From the NCBI GenBank assembly GCA_964349945.1, contig CAYGIH010000001.1, positions 297,218 to 361,217 on the forward strand: 64,000 nt of DNA, in the 5' to 3' direction. The notes under the pieces are model-generated. The model had not been told where the DNA came from and made no database searches. It saw only the letters and a list, made by a program, of their open reading frames with translations. A program made the position numbers and the translations under genes. Shown here one piece after another: positions 1-9,794 of this stretch; the first letter of the stretch is position 1; each line of letters begins with the position of its first letter. Source of the stretch: an uncultured Candidatus Saccharibacteria bacterium. GTDB lineage: Bacteria; Patescibacteriota; Minisyncoccia; Phycocordibacterales; Zambryskibacteraceae.

Positions 1-316
1 TAGATTCACCCTTAGAAAGCAGGAGAAAATCATTGGCTCCAAGTTTAGTGGCAACTTCTGCGCAAGTGTCTGCGTTCACTAAAGCAGAACGAAGGCTTGT
101 GAGTTCACCCTCATCCATATCTTTGTATTTTTTATAAAGAAAATCTGTAATGACCAGTTCAAGGACCGCATCACCAAGGAACTCCAAACGTTCGTTATGT
201 TCAAGTTCTGATGAACGATTTTCATTTATATATGAGCGGTGAATAAACGCTTGCTTTAAAAGCGCTTTGTCCTTAAATATTACTCCTGCTGTTTGCTCAA
301 ATTTACTAAAATCCAT
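1..316 (-). CDS. rnc: Ribonuclease III, N-terminal part. The gene continues past the window start.
   Basis: Minus-strand translation from ATG at 316 gives MDFSKFEQ...HNERLEFLGDAVLELVITDFLY, the RNase III signature ERLEFLGD. No stop occurs before the window edge. Confidence 0.8.
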   Translation of the reverse strand, partial: MDFSKFEQTAGVIFKDKALLKQAFIHRSYINENRSSELEHNERLEFLGDAVLELVITDFLYKKYKDMDEGELTSLRSALVNADTCAEVATKLGANDFLLLSKGES

Positions 317-331
317 TGTCTTTATATACGC

Positions 332-1270
332 TTATGAACTCTTTTGTGCAAGCATGGTGATAGCCTTAGTAATAATAGGCAGAATATCATCATAGAAGTT
401 CAAATCCAAAATATCAGCTAGTTTAAACCAACGAACATCATCGAGCCCACCCTTTTCTTCCTTTTTCTCTAGAGTCAGTTCTTTGTATGGGGCTTCAGCT
501 AGGAAATATGTCACTTGCTTCATTATCTTCCCGTGTTCTGGATGAAAGGTTGAATAAGAGTTTTGTCCCAACTTCTCTCCCACATTCACCTTTACTCCTA
601 ATTCCTCTTCTGCTTCACGTTCAAGGCATTGCTCATCGCTCTCATCTTTTTCTACCTTACCCTTTGTGAGAGTCCAGTGACCAAAGATATCATGAACAAG
701 AGCGAGATAAGTAGTACCTTCATGATGCGCATAGACAACAGCTCCAGCCAGTCGATGAATTGGGAGTTCCTCATCCGGGACGTTTCCAAATTTCTTTTTT
801 GGTCTTGGTTTCTCATCTTTGCCTGGTTCTCCCATCTCTTTATAGACAGCACCAAGCACACCATTCACAAATCTACCAGATGTCTCTCCGCCGAAAGATT
901 TGGCCAATTCTATGGCTTCATTTATAGCTACCTTTGGAGGTACTTCTTTTCTATCAGAAAACAATAACTCAGAAAGACCAATACGGAGAATATTTCTATC
1001 AACTATGGAAATTTTATCTATAGGCCAATCAGGAGCAGCCTTCTCTATAATAATATCTAAATCCTTTTTCTTATCTATAACCTGAGCAAGTAGAGCTTCC
1101 ATAAACGGACGATCGTTTGACCCAGCTGCAAATTCTATAAAATTCCTTGCGAAGATTGTTTGTGGATCTATCTTCCTTGCGCCTTTCTCTACAGCAGTTT
1201 CAAAATCCCACTCAAAAAGAGTTTGAAGTACAACTGAACGTGATAAGTGTCTGTTGGCCATAAAGAACAA
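332..1270 (-). CDS. nusB: NusB antitermination factor fused to a C-terminal Nudix hydrolase domain
   Basis: The N-terminal 140 aa are NusB-like (…KISIVDRNILRIGLSELLF…AINEAIELAKSFGGETSGRFVNGVLGAV). The C-terminal part carries a Nudix box GKVEKDESDEQCLEREAEEELGV. It is a single uninterrupted 312-aa ORF. Confidence 0.7.
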   Translation of the reverse strand: MFFMANRHLSRSVVLQTLFEWDFETAVEKGARKIDPQTIFARNFIEFAAGSNDRPFMEALLAQVIDKKKDLDIIIEKAAPDWPIDKISIVDRNILRIGLSELLFSDRKEVPPKVAINEAIELAKSFGGETSGRFVNGVLGAVYKEMGEPGKDEKPRPKKKFGNVPDEELPIHRLAGAVVYAHHEGTTYLALVHDIFGHWTLTKGKVEKDESDEQCLEREAEEELGVKVNVGEKLGQNSYSTFHPEHGKIMKQVTYFLAEAPYKELTLEKKEEKGGLDDVRWFKLADILDLNFYDDILPIITKAITMLAQKSS

Positions 1271-1314
1271 AAAAGAGCTTATATATAAATTCTATCCTAA
1301 ATCAAGGTATTCGA

Positions 1315-1530
1315 CTAGCGAGATTTTGATTTAGCTTTTGATGCCTTTTTAGAAGCCTTGGCTCCCATGTCCACAACCTTTCTACCACGATAGAGACCAG
1401 TGGTAGGACTCATGCGATGTCGCATATGAGATGCACCCGTAGAATCCTTTGTAAGAGAAGGATTAGAAAGCGCATGATGTGATCGCCTTTGTTTTGTCTG
1501 CGATCTGGTATGTCTCATTCGAACTGTCAT
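1315..1530 (-). CDS. rpmF: 50S ribosomal protein L32 with a Lys-rich C-terminal tail
   Basis: …[39 protein letters not shown] matches the L32 consensus (RRSHDAL…HLRHH…YRGRKV). Confidence 0.8.
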   Translation of the reverse strand: MTVRMRHTRSQTKQRRSHHALSNPSLTKDSTGASHMRHRMSPTTGLYRGRKVVDMGAKASKKASKAKSKSR

Positions 1531-1566
1531 AAAAAGAGTCTATCAAATATAGCTTAAAAAGAAAAG

Positions 1567-1598
1567 CCCCACGAAAATCCGCAGGGATTTTCGTGGGG
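1567..1598 (-). terminator. Rho-independent terminator downstream of the Nudix gene
   Basis: Perfect 14-bp stem CCCCACGAAAATCC/GGATTTTCGTGGGG with a GCAG loop. On the minus strand it is followed by CTTTTCTTTTT. Confidence 0.6.
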
Positions 1599-1606
1599 TA
1601 CAAGCC

Positions 1607-2056
1607 TCACTCAAACTGGCTGATGACTGCCCTGAGTCCTGCAAGGTGCGTCGGGTAAATCTTCGGCACCAAGAGTTGGGCAACAACCCAGCGAGGGGCA
1701 GACATCTTGTCACCGTTGTCAGTCATTTCGTTCGAACGAATTTCACCTTCGCACTCATGAAGCCATGCGAAGTAGAAGTTCTTGAAATGCCCAACAATCA
1801 TCTTCGAATACACGAGTCTGGGACGGAATCCCTGCTTGAGACGCAGGCCGGTTTCCTCGGTGAGTTCTCGAGCCTGCGTACCCAGCACATTCACATCTTC
1901 CTCATGTCCATCTTCGGTTCCGCCCGGGAACTTAATCTGGACTGGTTGATGTGAATATCTTGGATCAGTGAACGAACAGTCAATGACGAGCACTTCGAGT
2001 GCTCCTTCACTGTTCCTACGACCAATGATTGTCCCCGCATACCAGCGACCAGGCAT
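1607..2056 (-). CDS. Nudix hydrolase (GC-rich segment)
   Basis: Nudix box GGTEDGHEEDVNVLGTQARELTEETGL. Strong RBS GGAGG lies upstream of the ATG. The local GC is clearly higher than in the flanks. Confidence 0.8.
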   Translation of the reverse strand: MPGRWYAGTIIGRRNSEGALEVLVIDCSFTDPRYSHQPVQIKFPGGTEDGHEEDVNVLGTQARELTEETGLRLKQGFRPRLVYSKMIVGHFKNFYFAWLHECEGEIRSNEMTDNGDKMSAPRWVVAQLLVPKIYPTHLAGLRAVISQFE

Positions 2057-2102
2057 GTTTCCTCCTCAATGAGCGAGGCGCGATATGCGCTCTCTATGTA
2101 GT

Positions 2103-2166
2103 ATACTAGCACATATTATATATAAAGTCAATATAGTGTGTTAAACACCGAGTGTTAAACACTATA
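2103..2166 (-). promoter_or_regulatory. Sigma70-like promoter (-35 TTGACT, 17-nt spacer, -10 TAGTAT on the minus strand) abutting a duplicated GTGTTAAACAC operator-like palindrome
   Basis: Plus-strand 2133-2166 reads tatagtgtgttaaacaccgagtgttaaacactata, two copies of AGTGTTAAACAC forming a larger imperfect palindrome. The -35 element is at 2126-2131 and the -10 at 2103-2108, both minus sense, upstream of the Nudix ATG at 2056. Confidence 0.4.
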
Positions 2167-2170
2167 TATG

Positions 2171-2194
2171 AAAAAAGCCAGCCGAAGCTGACTA
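2171..2194 (-). terminator. Rho-independent terminator directly after the stop of the 2195..3166 gene
   Basis: Minus sense reads AGTCAGC-TTCG-GCTGGCT followed by TTTTTT. The 7-bp stem includes one G-U pair. Confidence 0.6.
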
Positions 2195-3166
2195 TTAGGA
2201 CACTACTCCACTCTCCAAACATTCATAGGCAAGTTGCACAACCTTGTGCATGGCCTCAGAATCAATTGAGAGTCTTGATTTACGACCTTCTCCCTCAGGA
2301 GAAGATGTGATGTTCGCGTTTCCTCCCCAATCGAGATTAAAACCGTGCAATTCACCAATCGTCATCCCTCTGTATTCCGCCTCGAGTCGATTGATTTCAT
2401 TATCAAATCTGACCTTATCGAAACAACCAGTTTGACGAATGACAGTGAATCGCTCGAAATTCAAATCATAAACGACGGTGACCTTGTATCTCTTGCTCCC
2501 CCAAGTTCTGGCGTTATGGTATTCACCAAAAGATTCGATGAACGCCACTTCGCCGTACAACACCACTCGTTGACTGAAATCAACTTGCTTTTTAGGGCGA
2601 AGCCTAAGAGTCAGTTCTTCGATCTCCTTTTGACTCATCTCATGGCAAAGAATCTGGGCGATCATATCCACCCTCTTGGCCAATGAATACTCCTTGGCCT
2701 GATGAATAATGTAATCCATCGCGAAGATTTCTTTGCTCGTCTTGAATAGTTTAGCAAGTTCTGGATGATTTTTGACCGCCCCCATGAATCCATGGCGATC
2801 AATCGCACCAATCCAGGAAACCATACACCTATCAATCTTGTCCTCGCCTCCTTCAAGACGAATGCAGAGAACCGCCATCGCCCCTATCGCATCCTTGTCC
2901 AGGCGGATTGTCACCAATCGTGAGCCGTCCGGTGGCAAGGGCCACACAAGAGCCTCTTCGATAGCTGAGGAAAGTGACCGAGAATGTTCTCCGTGCTGTG
3001 GATCAATATTTCCGAGCTCACACTGTCTGGCGAAGCCATTGTGAGTAACTTCAATGCCCAAGGTGTCTGGGCCGAGGAGAGATTCGTTGTTTGCTTCGGC
3101 TTCTAATACGTTTGTGATCAGAAGCCCAACGTCGTAAGCCATCGAGCCTCCAATGTGAAAGTTCAA
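2195..3166 (-). CDS. Hypothetical protein of 323 aa (GC-rich, no family recognised)
   Basis: Long uninterrupted ORF with its own terminator. GC-rich like the adjacent Nudix gene. No motif recognised by eye. Confidence 0.5.
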   Translation of the reverse strand: MNFHIGGSMAYDVGLLITNVLEAEANNESLLGPDTLGIEVTHNGFARQCELGNIDPQHGEHSRSLSSAIEEALVWPLPPDGSRLVTIRLDKDAIGAMAVLCIRLEGGEDKIDRCMVSWIGAIDRHGFMGAVKNHPELAKLFKTSKEIFAMDYIIHQAKEYSLAKRVDMIAQILCHEMSQKEIEELTLRLRPKKQVDFSQRVVLYGEVAFIESFGEYHNARTWGSKRYKVTVVYDLNFERFTVIRQTGCFDKVRFDNEINRLEAEYRGMTIGELHGFNLDWGGNANITSSPEGEGRKSRLSIDSEAMHKVVQLAYECLESGVVS

Positions 3167-3187
3167 CTCTATTGCAACTATACTTAT

Positions 3188-3775
3188 TTATAAGATATTT
3201 GTCAAATATGTCTTTCTATGAATTTTAGAGGGGTTAAATTTCTTGATTGCTCTTATATGTTTAGCTGTCCCATAACCTTTGTGTTCTTCAAATCCATACT
3301 CCGGATAATTCATTGCTATCTTTATCATATATCTGTCTCTGATAACTTTAGCCAATATTGAAGCCATAGAAATCACGGGTACCTTATCATCCCCTCTTAT
3401 AATAGTCTTTTGTTTCTTAAACTCTTTTGGTGCTTTCAATCCTCCATCCAAATATATTTGAGACTGTTTAGAAACTTTAAGTTTTTTCAAGGAATCTTCT
3501 ATGCCCACCCTTATAGCTTCCACTATCCCCTTTCTATCTATTATTTTTTCTGAAACTAAAGCCACCTTATAGTCTAATATTCCACTCTTTTTCATCACCA
3601 CCGCTCTTTCAAACCATTCTTCTCGTTTCTTCTCACTTAATTTTTTTGAATCTCTAATACCTTTAAAAAACTTTTTATTTATCTTACTATTTACCACAAC
3701 AACTCCAACAGAAACAGGCCCAGCCAGAGGACCCCTGCCCGCTTCATCTATCCCGACAATAAAACTAGAATTCAT
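3188..3775 (-). CDS. rnhB: Ribonuclease HII
   Basis: N-terminal GIDEAGRGPLAGPV motif and the overall RNase HII pattern. Confidence 0.9.
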   Translation of the reverse strand: MNSSFIVGIDEAGRGPLAGPVSVGVVVVNSKINKKFFKGIRDSKKLSEKKREEWFERAVVMKKSGILDYKVALVSEKIIDRKGIVEAIRVGIEDSLKKLKVSKQSQIYLDGGLKAPKEFKKQKTIIRGDDKVPVISMASILAKVIRDRYMIKIAMNYPEYGFEEHKGYGTAKHIRAIKKFNPSKIHRKTYLTNIL

Positions 3776-3778
3776 AAA

Positions 3779-4339
3779 CTATCTCCCCAAGTATACATAA
3801 CAATAGTACCTCGTGACACCATCTACAACTTCTAATTCTAAATGACCATTTGGACCACAGTCTTTTGCCGTCATTGGTAGAGTCTGTCCCCAAAACAAAG
3901 CTGCTCCTTCTGGTACATCAGGTATACCGCTTTGATAAGGCGCATAAACGTATGAGTCAGAGCCATATGTATTTGAAGGAAAAAGATTACTTGGCATCAG
4001 TGGAACGCTTGGTATATAAGGAGCAATTTTACTCATCACGTTATTGGCACCAGTATCTGCTGAAAGTTCATAATTACCATTCATATAAAAACAAGAGCCA
4101 CTCGCTTTCAAACATTGCCAAGAACCATTTCCGGGCCATGCACCTGTTATGGGATCTCTAGCGAGATATAATGCATTCGCGATAGATTTAGCATTCATTC
4201 TAATCTTAGAATTATTGGCTTTTATCTTTGCTGTATTTAAACTGGCCAAAACAACAGTTGAAAGTAATCCAATAATAGCTACCACAGTCATGAGCTCAAT
4301 TAGGGTAAAACCTTTATTATATTTTTTATAATGATTCAT
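3779..4339 (-). CDS. Type IV pilin / pseudopilin with prepilin N-terminal methylation motif
   Basis: KGFTLIELMTVVAIIGLL class III signal-peptide motif followed by a Cys-containing C-terminal domain. Confidence 0.8.
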   Translation of the reverse strand: MNHYKKYNKGFTLIELMTVVAIIGLLSTVVLASLNTAKIKANNSKIRMNAKSIANALYLARDPITGAWPGNGSWQCLKASGSCFYMNGNYELSADTGANNVMSKIAPYIPSVPLMPSNLFPSNTYGSDSYVYAPYQSGIPDVPEGAALFWGQTLPMTAKDCGPNGHLELEVVDGVTRYYCYVYLGR

Positions 4340-4340
4340 A

Positions 4341-4607
4341 TTATTTTAAATTCATCATTGCTTTAATTTGTTCTGGAGTTTTTACTGATTGTTGCGCTTC
4401 GTTATTTATTGATGGTTTATTCGATATAATCACAAAAACTATCCCCACAATGCACAATATTGAAACTATTATAAGAGCTATATTTGCCTGAGCATCATTT
4501 TTGGCCAAACCAGTTTTTATAACCAAACCGATTAAACCCTTGTAAACTGTGCTCCTTTTAAAAAGCTGATTATTGACGTCTTCTTCTTCGAATTGAACAT
4601 TATCCAT
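4341..4607 (-). CDS. Small membrane protein, hypothetical. The start was chosen at an internal Met to avoid overlapping dnaE.
   Basis: ORF 4341..4661 has one C-terminal TM segment and lies upstream of the pilin gene. An alternative start at 4661 would overlap the divergent dnaE start. Confidence 0.35.
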   Translation of the reverse strand: MDNVQFEEEDVNNQLFKRSTVYKGLIGLVIKTGLAKNDAQANIALIIVSILCIVGIVFVIISNKPSINNEAQQSVKTPEQIKAMMNLK

Positions 4608-4647
4608 AAAATTATTTATATTACTTCTCTGTATTATACTATAAGCT

Positions 4648-7600
4648 ATGGCGCGATTCACCCACCTCCATACACACAGTCACTATTCCCTTCTTGAAGC
4701 ACTACCCAAGATTCCTGACCTTATTAAAACGGCCAAAAAACTTCAAATGGAATCTTTGGCCTTAACTGATTCAGGAAATCTCTATGGAGCCATAGAATTC
4801 TATAAGGAGTGCAAAGATGAAGGTATTAAACCTATCATAGGTGTAGATGCTTATGTGGCTTCAAGGACTAGATTGGATAAAGAAGCACGTATAGACAACA
4901 ATCGCTTTCGTTTAGTGATTTTAGTGGAAAACGAGACTGGTTATAAAAATCTTCTTAAGCTCGTCACCGCATCATATTTAGAAGGATTTTATTATAAACC
5001 TCGAATTGATAGAGAACTTATAGAGAGACATCATGAAGGTTTGATTTTCATTATGCCAAGTTTCAGTGGAGAAGTTATTAAGGTTCTTAAACATGATGAC
5101 ACAGACAAAGCAAAGGACATATTAAATTGGTATAAAAAGACTTGTGGAGAGGATAGTTTTTATCTTGAGATTACTCATCACCCTGAAATAAATGGTCATG
5201 AAGAGAGAATGGACGAACTTCTCGCTCTAGCCAAAGAAACCAAGACTAACATAGTGGCGGCGCATGACGTTTATTATTTAAAACCAGAGGACAGAGAAGC
5301 CAAGGAAACTTTGCTAAAAATCCAAGGCAACATGTCTTTTGGTGGAGATACGAGTCTGAACGAAAGTGATGAAGATTTCTCTTTTATCTCTGAGAATGAA
5401 GCATTAAAAAGATTTAAAAAGACTCCCGAAGCACTTGAAAACAATCAAATAATAGCGAATAGATGTAACCTTGAGCTCAAACTCGGTTCGTGGGTCTTCC
5501 CTGATATAGACATACCTAGTGGACTGACTCCAGATGATGCACTTAGGAAAATTGTTGAGGAAGGACTAGACAAACGTGGTCTAACTAAAACCAAAGAGAT
5601 AGAAGATAGAGTTGAGTATGAACTTAAAATTATTAAGGATAAAGGTTATCCAAAATACTTTTTGGTTGTGTCTGATCTTCTCCGTTTTGCACACGAAAAC
5701 GGCATCCTTACAAACATTAGAGGCTCTGTGGCTGGTTCAATGGTCACATATCTATCTGGGATTACAAACATTAACCCTATTGAGTATAATCTTCCCTTTG
5801 AAAGATTTCTTAACCCAGACAGACCCTCTCCCCCAGATATAGACATGGACTTTGCTGATGATAGACGAGATGAAGTTATTGAGTATGCAAGGCAAAAATA
5901 TGGAGCAGATCACGTGGCCCAAATCGGTACCTTTGGAACCATGATGGCTCGTGGAGCAGTACGAGATGTGGCTCGGGCCCAAGGCTTTGCTTATTCTGTT
6001 GGAGATACAATAGCTAAATTGATTCCTCTTGGAGCACAAGGTTTCCCTATGACCATTGATAGAGCAATGAAGGAAAATCCTGAACTAAAGAAACTTTATG
6101 AAACAGACACTGATTCAAGGAAAGTAATGGACATGGCGAAAGCTATCGAAGGAAATGCAAGGCATATTTCTGTACACGCCGCTGGGGTTGTTATCGCGCC
6201 AGGACCACTGACCGACTATACCCCACTACAATACGATACAAAGGGTGACAACAAAATAATTACCCAATACGACATGTACAGTATTGAGGATGCAGGTCTT
6301 CTTAAGTTCGACTTTTTGGGTATTAGAAATCTTTCTATTATCGCTGACACCATTGCTCGCATAAAAAAAATTGAAGATAAAGAAATCGATATAGAGAAAA
6401 TCCCTGTGGATGATAAGAAAACTTTTGCCATGCTTGCTCGTGGAGAAACCGAGGGCACTTTCCAGCTCAACGGAGACGGGATGACCAAATCACTAATTGA
6501 GCTAAAACCTAACACTATTCATGACATCAATGTGATGGTGGCTCTCTATCGTCCTGGTCCGATGGATAACATTAATGAATATATTGCTCGCAAGCACGGC
6601 AAGAAACCTATCACTTATATGCACCCAGCCATGAAAGAATTTTTGGATACTACTTATGGTGTGCTTGTCTATCAAGATGACCTCCTTATGACCGCCATAA
6701 AAGTAGCTGGTTACACTTGGGGTGAAGTAGATAAATTCAGAAAAGCTGTCGGCAAAAAGATTCCAGAAGAGATGAAGAAGCAACATATTATGTTCGTAGA
6801 AGGTTGCCAAAAATTTGGAAGGATGACAGAGGAAGATGCAGAGAAGCTTTGGGATTTGTTCGTACCCTTCCAAGGTTATGGGTTCAACAAAGCTCATGCT
6901 GCAAGTTATGGACACATTGCTTATATTACGGCTTATTTAAAGGCTAATTATCCAGAAATTTATATGTCCGCTGTTCTCACCGCAGAATCAGGTGATGTAG
7001 AAACAATTGGGATAATGGTCAATGAATGTAAGCGTATGGGTATTGACGTTCTACCTCCATCAGTTAACGAAAGCTTTTCCCAATTCACTGTTCCACCACG
7101 AGCAGATAAACATGAAAAATATAAAATTCGTTTTGGTTTAACTACAATAAAAAACTTTGGCCAAGGTATTTCCACAGCTATTATCGCAGAAAGAAAACGA
7201 GGTGGTCCATTTGTGTCTTTAATAGATTTCTTAGACAGAGTGAAAGATAAAAACTTAAATAAAAAATCACTTGAAGCATTAATTAAATCCGGGGCTATGG
7301 ATGAATTTGGTGACAGAGGAGTTTTATCTGCCAACATTGAAAGTCTGCTCGGATATCACAAAGAAAGGATGAATGCCCCAGAGAATCAAGATTCACTTTT
7401 TGGTTCAATGTCTGACACCACTTCCCTTCCAACTCTTCAACTTGCACCGGCAGAAAAAGCTACCCAAAAGGAAAAACTGATGTGGGAGAAAGAATTGCTC
7501 GGATTATATATTTCTGGTCACCCACTCCAGGCTTATAAAGAAAAATTAGATAAGCTAGAGCGACCAATTTCAAAACTGAGTGAACTTAGAGAGGGAGACG

Positions 7601-7839
7601 TCTGTGTGACAGCAGGACTCATTACAAACATTCGAGAAGTGACAACCAAAAGAAACGAACGAATGATCTTCCTCGGTTTAGAGGATTTGACTGGTGAACT
7701 CGATGTTGTTGTCTTCCCCGCTGTTTTTGAAGAATTCCGTGCATTACTAGTACCCGACAATTGTATTGCCATAAAAGGCAAGATTTCAAAACGCAATGGA
7801 GAAACTAGCCTTATTGCAGACAAAATCAAAAGCCTCTAA
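4648..7839 (+). CDS. dnaE: DNA polymerase III alpha subunit
   Basis: 1063 aa with an N-terminal PHP domain (HLHTHSHYSLLEA…) and polymerase core motifs (FDFLGIRNL, YRPGPM…). Confidence 0.95.
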   Translation: MARFTHLHTHSHYSLLEALPKIPDLIKTAKKLQMESLALTDSGNLYGAIEFYKECKDEGIKPIIGVDAYVASRTRLDKEARIDNNRFRLVILVENETGYKNLLKLVTASYLEGFYYKPRIDRELIERHHEGLIFIMPSFSGEVIKVLKHDDTDKAKDILNWYKKTCGEDSFYLEITHHPEINGHEERMDELLALAKETKTNIVAAHDVYYLKPEDREAKETLLKIQGNMSFGGDTSLNESDEDFSFISENEALKRFKKTPEALENNQIIANRCNLELKLGSWVFPDIDIPSGLTPDDALRKIVEEGLDKRGLTKTKEIEDRVEYELKIIKDKGYPKYFLVVSDLLRFAHENGILTNIRGSVAGSMVTYLSGITNINPIEYNLPFERFLNPDRPSPPDIDMDFADDRRDEVIEYARQKYGADHVAQIGTFGTMMARGAVRDVARAQGFAYSVGDTIAKLIPLGAQGFPMTIDRAMKENPELKKLYETDTDSRKVMDMAKAIEGNARHISVHAAGVVIAPGPLTDYTPLQYDTKGDNKIITQYDMYSIEDAGLLKFDFLGIRNLSIIADTIARIKKIEDKEIDIEKIPVDDKKTFAMLARGETEGTFQLNGDGMTKSLIELKPNTIHDINVMVALYRPGPMDNINEYIARKHGKKPITYMHPAMKEFLDTTYGVLVYQDDLLMTAIKVAGYTWGEVDKFRKAVGKKIPEEMKKQHIMFVEGCQKFGRMTEEDAEKLWDLFVPFQGYGFNKAHAASYGHIAYITAYLKANYPEIYMSAVLTAESGDVETIGIMVNECKRMGIDVLPPSVNESFSQFTVPPRADKHEKYKIRFGLTTIKNFGQGISTAIIAERKRGGPFVSLIDFLDRVKDKNLNKKSLEALIKSGAMDEFGDRGVLSANIESLLGYHKERMNAPENQDSLFGSMSDTTSLPTLQLAPAEKATQKEKLMWEKELLGLYISGHPLQAYKEKLDKLERPISKLSELREGDVCVTAGLITNIREVTTKRNERMIFLGLEDLTGELDVVVFPAVFEEFRALLVPDNCIAIKGKISKRNGETSLIADKIKSL

Positions 7840-7864
7840 TTTGAGCAACATCGGATGTTACTCA

Positions 7865-9793
7865 TTATTTAAGTTTTCGAGTGAGAGCAGTAAGGAGTGT
7901 ATCTAATTTCATTGTAGCCACTCCGACTACTTTGTCTGCCCCACCATAATAGATATAGAGAGTTCCTTTATTCAAAATTACTCCACAAGGAAAGACAACG
8001 TTGCTCACTAGGCCTTGTTTTTCATACTCTTCTCTCGGTTCGAAGATTGGATCGGCTAAACGAGAGATAACCACCGTTGGATCCTTCAAATCAAGCAAAA
8101 CAGCCCCGACTCTGTATTCATGGTGGGCTCTTGAAATCGCATGATATAAGAGTAACCAACCCTTTTTTGTCTTTATGGGTGGCGCAGTAATGCCTACCTT
8201 CACACTATCCCAAGCTCGCTCTCTTGGGCCTAAAACCCTAATGCATTTAGTAACCTTATCCTTCTTGAAATTCAATGAATTCAAATAGTCCGCACAAATA
8301 TCTGTGCCTATGCGATGAAGCACTAAATATTTTTTGTTTATTTTCTCTGGGAAAAGACAAGCATCTTTGTCATCTATGCCTCCTGGAGTTATAAGCTCCG
8401 GCGGAGTCCAATTGAAATTTTGTTTGAGAAAATCTTTGACTAGAATTGAAGAAGCGGCGACTCGTGGTGGTCCTATGCCATCATATGCAGTGTAGAACAT
8501 ATAGATACTGTCTCCAATTTTTGTCAGTCGTGGATCCTCACATCCAGAATTATTACCTTCAATCTTTTTCATTTCAAAACCTTCTCTAGGTACATAGACT
8601 GGCTCCTTTAGACGATTTTCAATATTTAAACCATCTTTGCTTATGGCGTACCCTATCGTAGATGTATTGTCATTCGAGATAGCTCTATAGAGAATATGCG
8701 TTCTACCATTAAGATATATAGCAGCAGGGTTAAGGACTGCCTGAGCCTCCCAAGCGTGATTCTTATTAGGTAGAAGTATTGGATTACTCATGTATCGTTT
8801 CGGCTCACTTCTATCTCTTTCCATAGGATTCATGGTATTGAGCAAATCATTTAAATTGACTGTGGCTCTACAACCAGTAGTATCTGCAGCGCCATAAAAT
8901 ATGTGCAGATTATCTTTCTCTAAAAGTGCTCCAGAGGGGAAAACTACTTCCCCCACAAAACCTACTACTTCATAAGTTTCCTCTGGAATCAAAATTGGAC
9001 CTCTGGTTTGGCCAATTATTTTATAAGGATTCTTTAAATCCAAAAGCATAGCTTCAATACCAAATATTTTTGGTTTATTTTCAGGATTAGGAAAATAATA
9101 CTGAATATATGAGTAAACAAGTAACCAACCTTGTTTGGTTTTAATTGGTGCTGCTCCAATCTCTATGTGGTCATATGGAGAACGTCTAGGATCTATTTCA
9201 AATTTATCCAAATTTCCCTCTAAATCTTTCCATGTATTTTCTGACCACAAGTCCTCAACTTTGTTTGTTTGCACAATAACTATTTTTGATGGAGGAGAAT
9301 CAGTATGGGCACTAAGTATGGCAGTCACCTTGCCTCCAATTCTCTCTGGGAAAAGTGTCATAGCCTTCGCATTAAATGGTGTCACCAAATGCTTAGAATC
9401 GACTTTCTTTAAATCTCTTGAAGTCGCCACAGCCACCTTTATCCCGCTGGCTTCAAATGGGTATTTAGAAAGTGCAGTATAAAACGTATAATACTTCTTC
9501 TCAAAATATGTTACCCGAGGGTCCTCACATCCATATTTCTCCCATTCCTCTGTGGGCAAAATAAACTGAACGTGATCATCAAAATAATTCTCATCTTTAC
9601 TTTTGGCCACACCAATAATCGACCTTTGACTTGGAGTATTCAAAACATCTGGCGCAGAAATAGCTCTGTAGAGCAAATATGTTGTCTTGCCCTTTTTAAT
9701 CGGCGAAGGATTAAAGGTGGCAAAACCATCCCAGGCATGTTCGTTTGATGGTATCAGAATCGGATTGTGATGTGATCTTTTGACAATATACAT
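7865..9793 (-). CDS. Tandem double-domain GH130 family glycoside phosphorylase/hydrolase
   Basis: Two complete GH130 domains in one ORF, each with NPIL(I/L)P…FNP…LLYRAIS and CEDPR motifs. The start was chosen at Met15 (9793), which leaves a 1-nt gap after the upstream stop. Confidence 0.8.
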   Translation of the reverse strand: MYIVKRSHHNPILIPSNEHAWDGFATFNPSPIKKGKTTYLLYRAISAPDVLNTPSQRSIIGVAKSKDENYFDDHVQFILPTEEWEKYGCEDPRVTYFEKKYYTFYTALSKYPFEASGIKVAVATSRDLKKVDSKHLVTPFNAKAMTLFPERIGGKVTAILSAHTDSPPSKIVIVQTNKVEDLWSENTWKDLEGNLDKFEIDPRRSPYDHIEIGAAPIKTKQGWLLVYSYIQYYFPNPENKPKIFGIEAMLLDLKNPYKIIGQTRGPILIPEETYEVVGFVGEVVFPSGALLEKDNLHIFYGAADTTGCRATVNLNDLLNTMNPMERDRSEPKRYMSNPILLPNKNHAWEAQAVLNPAAIYLNGRTHILYRAISNDNTSTIGYAISKDGLNIENRLKEPVYVPREGFEMKKIEGNNSGCEDPRLTKIGDSIYMFYTAYDGIGPPRVAASSILVKDFLKQNFNWTPPELITPGGIDDKDACLFPEKINKKYLVLHRIGTDICADYLNSLNFKKDKVTKCIRVLGPRERAWDSVKVGITAPPIKTKKGWLLLYHAISRAHHEYRVGAVLLDLKDPTVVISRLADPIFEPREEYEKQGLVSNVVFPCGVILNKGTLYIYYGGADKVVGVATMKLDTLLTALTRKLK

Positions 9794-9794
9794 A

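Noticed and set aside
5612-7829. Multiple 60-137-aa ORFs on both strands inside dnaE
   Set aside because: They are all nested within the continuous 1063-aa DnaE reading frame, so they are shadow ORFs.
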